Shown: positions 1-10,226 of the stretch, piece by piece
Layout of the letters: each line of letters starts with the position of its first letter
Numbering within the stretch: position 1 is the stretch's first letter
DNA from: Octopus bimaculoides
Taxonomy: Eukaryota
DNA length: 33,018 nt
Direction of reading: 5' to 3'
Assembly: GCF_001194135.2 (NCBI RefSeq)
Contig: NC_068991.1
Coordinates: forward strand, 60,618,814-60,651,831
Position numbers and translations under genes: made by a program
Notes under the pieces: generated by a model
Seen by the model: only the letters and a program-made list of their open reading frames with translations
Told to the model about the DNA's origin: nothing
The model's database searches: none

Positions 1-299
1 TATATGTGCATGCATATTTGTAACATATCTTAATCATATGTTAAGGAAATATTCAAAGTATGTTATAGATGCAGAAAGCTGATTCAGTATTATTTTTCTT
101 AACCAAGCAATACTTTATAATTGTTTCAATGCTGCCTTATATTTCTTTAAAGGCCAGTGAAGCACATGCACTATCTTGAGACACCACTTGGTTAATGACA
201 TATATATATCTTTGTTTGTGTGTATGCACATACAACCACTTGCATACATGTTATATCATTATGTCTATTGACAGTATCAGTAAGATCTATTTTTGACTA

Positions 300-540
300 G
301 AACCCTGCTGTACTCTTTCACCACAACTTTCTCTCACTCTTTCGTCCTGTTTGTGTTGTACCTGTATTTCAAAGGGCAGCCTTGTTGCACTCTGTGTCAT
401 GCTGAATCTCCCCAAGAACTATGTTAAGGGTACACGTGTCTGTGGAGTGCTCAGCCACTTGCATATTAATTCCACAAGCAGGCTGTTCCATTGATCGGAT
501 CACATGGAACCCTCATCGTCATAACCGACGGAATGCCACC
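300..540 (+). mobile_element. 5'-truncated SINE, same family as 25770-26160
   Basis: Shares gaaccctgctgtactctttcaccacaac...cagccacttgca...gttgatcggatc with the reverse complement of 25770-26030. Confidence 0.75.
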
Positions 541-548
541 AATATATA

Positions 549-687
549 GATACAGATAAGGAAATAATTTTATTCTCAAACTCAGGATAATGCTAATAGT
601 ATAGCACGAACAGGGTAAACTAAACTTCATACTATATAATTAGCATTCTTCGGCATTTGAGAATAAAATTATTCCCATATCTGTATC
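549..687. repeat. Imperfect foldback element 1
   Basis: gatacagataaggaaataattttattctcaaa... mirrored by ...tttgagaataaaattattcccatatctgtatc. Confidence 0.75.
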
Positions 688-753
688 TTTCAATACATCT
701 CAACGCTTCTAAAGCAAACTTTGTTGACTTTCAATGTAAGTTGAATTTAATAG

Positions 754-785
<32 letters not shown>

Positions 786-841
786 TTCGTATGTGTATTT
801 CGTGTGCAAGATTCTTGATGTGGATACGTGTGTTGAAAGAA

Positions 842-1011
842 ATACAATTAAACCTTGGGAGAGGCATTATGCCGGTAATAAACACACGCACTGGTTCAGT
901 CCTTTATTAATTTATATAGTTTTTTGTTAAATTATATATAAATTAATAAAGGACTGAACCAGTGCGTGTGTTTATTACTGGCATAATGCCTCTCCCAAGG
1001 TTTAATTGTAT
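842..1011. repeat. Foldback element 2, 77-bp arms with one mismatch and a 16-nt loop
   Basis: 842-918 is the reverse complement of 935-1011 except ccgg vs ccag. Confidence 0.9.
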
Positions 1012-1037
1012 ATATATGTATATATATATAATATACT

Positions 1038-1070
<33 letters not shown>

Positions 1071-1175
1071 NNNNNNNNNNNNNNNNNNNNNNNNNNNNNN
1101 NNNNNNNNNNNNNNNNNNNNNNNNNNNNNNNNNNNNNNNNNNNNNNNNNNNNNNNNNNNNNNNNNNNNNNNNNNN

Positions 1176-1220
<45 letters not shown>

Positions 1221-1260
1221 TAGATAGATAGATAGATAGATATATATACATATATATATT
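1010..1260. repeat. (TA)n/(GATA)n around an N-gap
   Basis: Direct. Confidence 0.9.
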
Positions 1261-1272
1261 AATATTTAGCAT

Positions 1273-1377
1273 AAGTAACAGAGTGAGTCAAGGTCTAAGT
1301 TTGATGCATTGGCACTTATCAAACTGGTCTAAGTGCCAATGCACAAAATTCTCAGGCCTTGAATCACTCTGTTACTT
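1273..1377. repeat. Foldback element 3
   Basis: aagtaacagagtga / tcactctgttactt outer arms and tgcattggcactta / taagtgccaatgca inner arms. Confidence 0.8.
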
Positions 1378-1406
1378 CTACTAAATATTAATAATATATA
1401 TTTATT

Positions 1407-1566
1407 TATTTACAGGATATTAATTAAATTGCCAGTCATAGAGTGACCTATGGTTTTGTATCCATAAAGCGCATAGCCTTGTAGACGTCTATAAGGCTAA
1501 GCATTTTATGGATGCAAAACCATTGGTCACTCTATGACTGGCCAAATAATTATTTTCTTGTCAATA
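1407..1566. repeat. Foldback element 4, near-perfect palindrome centred on agac|gtct
   Basis: gccagtcatagagtgacc...ggtcactctatgactggc (1431-1542) with degenerate outer extension. Confidence 0.85.
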
Positions 1567-2574
1567 CATTACTGCTCTAACATTTAGAGTGTGCTTCTTT
1601 TTCGTATATATGATCCACTGACATTATATATATATGTGTATACATATATACACACACATGCATGCACACATATCTATGTGAAGCAATGAGGTGTGATGGC
1701 TGTGTGAAAAAGTGTTCGGCTATCACTGTATGAAGTCATAATTTCAATCACTGGCCTAATCTGTATGTAATGACTTTCTATGACAATGCAGTTGATAATC
1801 AATTACAGCTATCTCTAAGAACATTTTCTCCTGCAATTCCTGTTAATTCGTTGAACTGTTGATTTGTTTTATGGAAAACATAAATATCAAAATGTTTATT
1901 TATTAAGCATTTAGACATGAGCTTTTCCATAATTATTTTTTTTTAACCTTAGCTTAGCACCATCTCAGAATTGTATTCTGTATGGTGCTGCTTTGACATT
2001 GGTTCTGGTGAAGAAACAGAGTGGACAACTTAGATTTACCTCTCAAATCATCCAGTTTGAGTACTTTGCTGATAACAACAATAAAACTGAAGAATCTAAT
2101 TCCTCTTTATATTGGAAACGATGAATATTTAATTATTTATTACACTTTTAGAGACATGTTGCTAACACTAGCAAACCAAGCTACAGATGTAAAGATTACG
2201 AGTTCAAACTTTACTATAGGCACTTTGTTGTGCCCTCAACTCACTTTAATTTGCCATGCTTATAAAGAAATGCTACTGTTTCCACTACTTCATGCTTGAA
2301 TGGCTACTGTTAAGAAGGCCATGTTACAGTCTTAAAGCACACGTTGCAAGAACTTTTACAAATGATCTGAATTTGCAGATATATCCAACCCATAGAAAAA
2401 AATATGGAAATTATATAAAAAAGAATTTTAAATTTGTCTTTGTATTTTGTTTTTACTATTTAGAGATAATTTGATGGGGTAAAGCTTGGATTTGGCACCA
2501 CCAATGCCCTCTTAGACAATTACAGACTTTCTCAGTTAAGAGTCAGCCATTGTACATAACATTTATTGAGTTAG

Positions 2575-3345
2575 ATAAGGTGGCAAGCTGCCAGACAATA
2601 TGCTTAGCAGTATTTCATCTGTATCTGCGATCTGAGTTCAAATCCTGTTGAGGTTGGCTTTGCTTTTCATCCATTCAGGGTCGATAAAATAAGCACCAGC
2701 TGAGCACTGGGAGTTGGTGTAATCAATTATCCCCCTCCCAACAAAATTTCAGGGTTTGTGCTTATAATAGAAAGGATTATTATTAGTTAAGGCAGCAAAC
2801 TGGCAGAATTGTTAAGATGTGCTTACTAGCATTTTGTCCATCCTAATGTTCTGAGGTCAATTTTGCCTTTCATCCTTTCAGGATCAATAAAATAAGTATC
2901 GGTCATGTACTGGGGTTGATGTAATCAACTAGCCCTATCCCCCAAAATTTCTGGCTTTGTGCTTATAGTTGAAAGGATTTAGCAGAATTGTTAGCATGCT
3001 GGGCAAAATGCATAGCAGCATTTCATCCGTCTCTTTATGTTCTGAGTTCAAATTCTGCTGAGGTTGACTTTGCCTTTCATCCTTTCAGGATCGATAAAAT
3101 AAGTACTAGTTGAGTACTAGGGTTAATGAAATCGACTAGATCCCCTCCTTCAAAAGTCAGGCCTTGTGCCTATAGTAGAAAGGCTTACTATTATTATTAA
3201 GATTTGGTAAAATTGCTAGCACTTTGGACAATTGCTTAGCAGCATTTCTTCTAACTCTTAATGTTTTAAGTTCAAATTCTACCGAGGTCCATTTTGCCTT
3301 TCATCCTTTCAAGGTCAATGATATAAGCATCAGTTGATGTAGTGC
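2575..3345 (+). mobile_element. Four head-to-tail Nin-domain-type tRNA SINEs
   Basis: Repeated ttctgagttcaaat...gaggtcgactttgcctttcatcctttc.gg.tcgataaaataagtacc core; Nin-domain assignment from recall. Confidence 0.75.
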
Positions 3346-3548
3346 AGTTGGAAAGAATTTATTTTCTTGGAGAAGGCTTTTTACAGGATTCTATGCTCTG
3401 TACTGTGAGCTCACTAAGGAAACTATGTGTAGTTGAATGGCTTGCAAAAGCCATACAATACTTATACAGAGATGCCTTCAGCAAGATAAGAGTTAGCAAT
3501 AAGTTCAGTGGGAATTTAGCATTCAGGAAGGTATCCATTTCAAGAAAG

Positions 3549-3580
<32 letters not shown>

Positions 3581-3679
3581 TTGTTGAACATATCAACGTG
3601 GTCATTGTAGAGAGCCTTTGTTGAAAGATCTCTTACAGCTTTACCACATTGTTACCCGGTAGCATAGTGACAAGCACAA

Positions 3680-3975
3680 TTAGTTAGCTGTGAAGTAAGA
3701 ACAAAATGGAAAAATATTTCGGGTGCTTTTACCTTTGTTGGGAAACAAAGGAGTTCTCTTTCTGAGTGAAGACCAAACTGTATGATACTCGTACATAATG
3801 CATATTGTTACATGATAGTAAAACATGGGCACCGCAAGTGGAGGATGAGTAAAGGCTAGAAAGAAGTGAGGTGAGTATGCTCTTGGATGTGTAAGCTTAG
3901 TGTGCGTAACAAAAGAGCTGAGAGAATGATGGTTATAAGGGGAATCAGATGTGTATAAGAGGAAAGACTTTTGCT
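3680..3975 (+). mobile_element. RTE-clade LINE fragment (post-RT region), degenerate
   Basis: Broken translation LLPLL..K...KLYD...LHDSKTWAP...RLERSEVSML resembles the RTE LYGSETW region. Confidence 0.6.
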
Positions 3976-3999
3976 TGTGTTAGAATTACCTAGAGCAGT

Positions 4000-4400
4000 A
4001 GATTGTTAGAGCATTTGGGAAAATGCCACGTAATATTAGATCCAACTTGGTCTTTACATTCTGAGTTCAAATTCTGCTGAGGTCAAATTTGTATTTCATC
4101 TCTCTAGGGTTAATAAGATAAGGTACCAGTCAAACACTGGATGGAAGGTATTGACCAAAACCTATTGGCCTTGTGTCTGAGTTAGTAAGCATTAATTACT
4201 TTTATTAAGGCAAACAAGCTGGTAGAACCATTAGCATAATGGACAAAGTGCTTTGCAGCATTTCTTCCAGCTCTTTACATTCTGAGTTCAAATTACACCA
4301 AGGTCAACTTTGCCTTTCATCCCTTCAGGATTGATGAAATAAAGTATCAGTCTTATACTGGAGTTAATGTAATCAACTTGTCCCCTCCCCTCAAAAATGT
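4000..4400 (+). mobile_element. Two further tandem Nin-domain-type SINEs
   Basis: Same core motif as 2575-3345. Confidence 0.72.
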
Positions 4401-4541
4401 GGGCCCTGAACCCTACAACAGACTGGTGGCCAGTTCATGGGGAATGTTTGTGATTTCTGTAACTTATGCAACAAAGAAACCAGGTTACCAGATGTATGAA
4501 TCCTAGAGCTTGAAAAAGAAGTATATATATATATATATATA

Positions 4542-5403
4542 TGAGGGTAATCCCAAGAGTAAGGTCTCCAAAGCGCTGGGGACGCAGGGAAACTGCGGGC
4601 AGCTATTGGAAGCACTGTTGTGCATGTGCCTCGCTGCCATGCTCAGTCTTGGCTTGGCAGTCCTATCTGATGGAACTCCTGACTGACACTACCGCCAAGT
4701 GTGAAGTTTGCGCAGTTATTAAGTTTTTGAATGCAAAAGGCATTAAACGGATTGAAATTCATTGCCAATTAACGGAAGTGTATAGCAAGTTGTGCATGGA
4801 TGTCAAAAACGTCCGCAAGTGGTGTAGGGAGTTTGCAGCTGGTCGTACTGAAATTCATGATGAAGAAAGAAGCAGGCAACCATCAATTTTCAATGAGACA
4901 GTTGCAAAGGCTGAGCAAATTCTGCGTGAAGATTGGCAGATCACTCTGGATGATCTCTGCATTTTAGTTCCTGAGGTTTCCCAGAGCACCATTCATAGGG
5001 TTTTGAGTGAAAAGTTGCAATATTGGAAGGTGTGTGCAAGATGGGTTCCACAAATGCTCACAGAAGACTATAAATGGCAACCCACCTTATAGTCTGGACT
5101 TGGCACCCAGTGAGTACCACCTGTTCCCTAAGATGAAAGAACATTTGGCCGGAACATGCTTCAGCAATGATGACGAGGTGAAAGATGAGGTTCAACACTT
5201 CCTCAATGACACGGCGGTGAGCTGGTATGACATGAGCATACAAAAACTGCCCCAGCGCCTACAAAAATACATCGACTGAAATAGTGATTACGTAGAAAAA
5301 TAGATAAATGTTCCAACCTTAAAATGATGTAAACATCATTAACAATAAATGTTTCTGTGATTTCTAAATATTTTTGGAGACCTTACTTTTGGGATTACCC
5401 TCA
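4542..5403 (+). mobile_element. Mariner element, internally deleted (862 bp), intact TIRs
   Basis: ~31-bp TIRs tgagggtaatcccaa(g/a)agtaaggtctccaaa with TA flanks. The transposase N-terminus with WVPQML is joined directly to PPYSLDLAPSEY at ~5080/5081. Confidence 0.95.
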
Positions 5404-5450
5404 TATATAAAAAAATGATTTATTTTATCTTCATGAAATATGTATAGACA

Positions 5451-5479
5451 TTTATTCACACATATAAAACAGTTTTATT
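5451..5479 (-). terminator. Two candidate poly(A) signals (AATAAA) for IQUB
   Basis: tttatt on + at 5474-5479 and 5451-5456, just downstream of the stop codon. Confidence 0.45.
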
Positions 5480-5495
5480 TGCCATTATCTTTTCA

Positions 5496-5729
5496 TTAGC
5501 CTGAAGGGAATAAGTTACACGAGGTTTTCTTTGATAAGTATCTGCCATCTCTTTTCTGGGAGACTGACAGTCCCAGTTCTTTTGGTTGGTTGATCTGNNN
5601 NNNNNNNNNNNNNNNNNNNNNNNNNNNNNNNNNNNTGATCTGACTCTCCAGCCAAGGAAGACGAGAGAAGTGAGACTTGGCTGAAAGGTGTTTCTGAAGA
5701 ACCTTGTTGACAAATACTTCGCCATAGGC
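5496..5729 (-). CDS. IQUB: IQUB terminal coding exon ([25 protein letters not shown]...FPSG*), spans an N-gap
   Basis: Poly-T...gcag| acceptor; resembles recalled human [23 protein letters not shown]; TAA at 5498-5496. Confidence 0.88.
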   Translation of the reverse strand, partial: AYGEVFVNKVLQKHLSAKSHFSRLPWLESQIXXXXXXXXXXXXXQINQPKELGLSVSQKRDGRYLSKKTSCNLFPSG

Positions 5730-8700
5730 CTGCAAAAAAAAAAAAAATAATAATTTTTTCTTTATTAACCACTAAGGGTTTACAATCAAGTCAAGGGCAG
5801 TACAGGACAACACAATATACAATGTAATATGGCATGGGATTACATGAAGGCACGTTGCCAGGGCCACGGATTGGCTCCCGTGCCGGTGACACATGAAAAG
5901 CACCATTCGAGTGTGATCGTTGCCAGCATTGCCTTACTGGCATATGTGCTGGTGGCATGTGCAAAACAACATTTGAGCATGGTCGTTGCCAGTGCCATCA
6001 GACTGGCTCCCATGCAGGTAGCACGTAAAAACACCTTTTGAGCATGGTCATTGTCAGAACCACGTGACTGGCCCTCGTGCCAGTGGCACGTAAAAGTACT
6101 CACTACACTCTCGGAGTGGTTGGCATTAGGAAGGGCATCCAGTTGTAGAAAGTTTGCCAGATCAGATTGGAGCCTGGTGCAGCCTTCTGGCTTGCAANNN
6201 NNNNNNNTCCAGTTGTAGAAAGTTTGCCAGATCAGATTGGAGCCTGGTGCAGCCTTCTGGCTTGCAAGTCCTCAGTCAAACAGTCCAACCATGTCAGCAT
6301 GGAAAGGGAAAGTTAAATGATGATGATGTGTAAACAGTAAAAGTAACAAAAATTTTTAAAGAAGACAGATTCCCCTAAAGTTGAAAGACTTCTGAGGGCT
6401 GCTCATGGAAACCCCACAAAACCATGGTCACTAACTACCAGGGGAAGTGCACTCTTTCCATCCTTCCCAACCCATTCAACTAACAGGAACATGTTCAGAC
6501 AAGATTCATTCACCTGGGCTATTCTTGCCACTCTCACCTATCTTTCAACAAATTTGCTGGAAAGGTGGACTTGCCTCTCCCCACTCACTTTTCTTTTCAA
6601 GCAAAACTTGAATGAGTTGAGAGTTGATAAGAGCTTGATCAAAGAGAAAGGTTTCTGTTGGGTCAACAGCACAACCTCTTTCACTAAGGCCACTAAACAG
6701 ATGAACACTGCCGGTCCTTCTCGGCCAAAAGAAGGAATCAGGACAATGTTCACAATTGATAATAATAATAATAATACCCCAAGCCTACCTGAATACATCA
6801 TCTCCTCACCACTGTTAACAGTGGTATCATTTCTTATTTCTTTATTGCCAACAAGGGGCTAAACATAGAGGGGACAGACAAAGGGATTAAGTCGATTACA
6901 TCGACCCCAGTGCATAACTGGTACTTAATTTATCGACCCCGAAAGGATGACAGGCAAAGTCGACCTCGGTGGAATTTGAACTCAGAACGTAATGGCAGAC
7001 GAAATACCGCTAGGCATTTCGTCCAGCGTGCTAACGATTCTGCCAGCTCGCCGCCTTGATTACAGTGGTATCATTTCTACCCTATTGCTAGCACTCCTGT
7101 TGCCTCCCCAAGTCATGCACCCTTCCCCTCAAACTTCTTCAATCTTTACAGACATTGTTTACCTCTCTTTCCCTGTTCTGTTATGCCTTCTTCATGCCAG
7201 TTGCATGAAAAAAAGCACCCACTACACACAGTGAAGCAGTTGGCATTAGGAAGGAAACTCAGCCATAGAAACCATGCAAAGCAAACACTGAAACATAATG
7301 CAGCCCTTTGACTCATCAGATCTTTGTGAAACAGTCCAACCCATGCCAGCATGGAACATGGACGTTAAATGATGATGATAATCATGAATAAATAAGATAA
7401 AAAAGAAAAGTAAACAAAATGTAGATATGGTTTTTCTCATTCTTATTTTTTATAAATACATGTAGAGGCCAACCATTCTTAGAATCCTGTTGATATTTCA
7501 TGTAAAACTGAGTAAGATGTTGATGGTTGCATGTGTATTTAGTGCATGGCTTATATTCTCATGATATTCTATGGGTTTGTTGTACATGGTGTGGTGAATA
7601 AACTGTCGTCTAAGTTACGCAAAAATGAAAATAACACTGACATCTCATTTTAACAGATATATTTAACAAAATTTCATAAAAATATCTTGAAATACTAAAG
7701 AGTAAATTTATTCAATAAAATCGTCACTGGCTTCAACCATGGTCTCCAGACGACTTCAGAATTTCCTGCAACTCTTCTGGATGGTCTCCTTATTTTTAAG
7801 TTGGTCAATGCTGTCATAATCCTTGTCTTTGGTTCATCTTTGGTTACAAGGAGTTTTGTTGGTCTCTCACTCAACTGTGCCCAACACATAATAATCAAGG
7901 GGGTTGCAGTCTGGGGAAGTAGGTGGCCACATGTTAGAGGTAATGTGGGCACAGAAATTGTCTGACAGCCATGATTGGGGTCTCCTGCTTGTGTGGCAAG
8001 GTGCAGAGTCCTGTTGACAGATATAGGATCTTCCAGCAGCCACTCCCTTGACTCAAGGCAGTACTACCTCCTCCAGGTACTTAATGTAGGCCTCCGTGTT
8101 GAGTGTGAGGCCATGTGAGAAAATGAATGTAGGCATAATGTCGCCATCACTAGTGATCACACCAAACACCATGACATTGACTGGATGTTTGATTTTTATC
8201 ATTCTTGGTACATGTTTGTATTGGTACATATCCGTATTGGATCTTCCAGTGTGAATGCCAAGCAGTACAGTATGTCATTTCAAAATTTCTGGAATTGTGT
8301 CATGGTGCTGTTTTTCTCACAGATGGTGCCCAACTGACCCTACTATACAGTGTAGAAAACAAAATCAAAAACAAACAATGCACCTGCACGAAACCAAAAA
8401 TATAAAATGGCAACAATTTATCCATCACACCCTGTACAGCATAAAAATCATTCATCTCAATCTTTTGTCAGCTCTTCTATGAGACTTAATATCCTGGAGT
8501 CTGATAGGATATTAAGTCTCATGGAAGACTTTAGAGGGTCTTTTATCTTTTACTTGTTTTCAGTCATTGGACTGTGGCCATGCTGGAACACCACCTTGAG
8601 GAATTTCAGTTGAATAAATCGACTCCAGTACTAAGGTTGTTTTAAGTCTAGTACACAGTTTATTGTTCTCTTTTTGCCAAACCACTAAGTTACAGGGACA

Positions 8701-8780
8701 TAAACAAACCAGTGTGGGACAATTATTCACACACACACACACGCACACACACACACACGCATGCACACGCACGCATACAG

Positions 8781-8816
<36 letters not shown>

Positions 8817-10176
8817 TACAATGGGTTTCCACACAGTTTCCTTCTATGAAATTCACTCACAAGGCATTAGCTTATGGAAGGCCCAATTTTGTGTGGGACA
8901 TAGGGTGATGCTTTTGACACTGTTTTTTTTTGTGTTTGAAAACCAGTGCAACTAATATGCCATGAAACATGTGTTATCTCAGAATGCCAAAGAGAGTATG
9001 TACACCTATAATAGAACTTTGAATGATTAACCCCTCTGAAAAGAAAAAAAAAGATCCTTTTTAGGGACAAATGTAATCCCTGCCCTGGGATGGCCCCAGG
9101 CAGATCAGACACCAAAGAACTCTTTCAATTGTGAAGGTACAAAGCAAATGACCACCACCAGCATGCTACGATAAAACATCTTCCTCCAAAATAAGTAAAA
9201 AAAATAACCAAATTGAAGCTCTGTCTTTCCACCAGAGAAGCAATTTTGACCACACATACAACTATAGGAAAGTGGGTTATACATCATTAGATGTATCCTG
9301 ACTTTCCTATATAATATTAAGAATATAACGGAACGCTGAACTCCAGACTATCAACATAACTATTATTTATTTAAGGTGGTTAATATATACATCTTTAGCT
9401 CTTGTTTGTTGTTACAGCTTCTGTGTGTGTGAGCATGGTTGTTGGGACGTTGGTATGTAGATGTAAGCGAGCTGTCGAGCGTAAGTTCGAAAGATGGAGA
9501 GAGACAGCTAAACACGTCCTTGCTCAATCGCTGGCCAGCAAGAAAGAGACAGAATGAAGCGGGAAAGCTTGGTTGTTGAATTCCACGCATGCGTGAGACT
9601 ACGCATGCGCAGGGCGTTACTACACAACCTATCACAACTTCAGCTTCAAGACATGTGATGCGTTTTTTGGGGTTGATACACTATATACAATTCCTTTGAA
9701 AATTGCCACAGAAAGACTGCTTTGCATGTCAATCACAAAGAAACACAACCATTTTGAGGGTGAAATTAAATAATAGGGAAATTTTAAAAACAGTAATAAT
9801 AGAGACAGAAAAGTATTATGGCAATATTTACAATTTCCAGATCGTCCAACTTGCTATGCATTTCAGCTTCTTCAAATGTTACCAAAAAACAGTTCCAAGG
9901 TGACCATACTTCATCTTTATTCCATCGTACCCAGATAAGTTCATACAGATCATTACAGTTGCTGATAATACTTTCACTGTTCCAGATCTTCTCAACAAGG
10001 TAACAAATATCTGAATCCTAGATTAAATATATAAACAAATGTAGACATAAATATTGCTACAGCAAATGTAGTTATATATTGATAGGGAAACACACACACA
10101 CACACAAACACATACATATTGCTAGAATAATATATACGGATATAAACGTTGACAGGTCAACAGATATATGTGTGTA

Positions 10177-10226
<50 letters not shown>

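Noticed and set aside
5840-6110. CRISPR-like repeat/spacer appearance of the subrepeats
   Set aside because: Eukaryotic context, degenerate units without unique fixed-length spacers, no cas genes, and the pattern belongs to a dispersed retroposon.
6140-6267. Apparent ~60-bp direct repeat
   Set aside because: Identical sequence on both sides of a 10-N gap, so it is a contig-overlap artefact. The same applies at 12776-12865 and 27095-27160.
9660-9831. Possible IQUB terminal exon directly after the 9832 donor ([15 protein letters not shown])
   Set aside because: No similarity to the IQUB C-terminus; the 5729-5496 exon matches far better.
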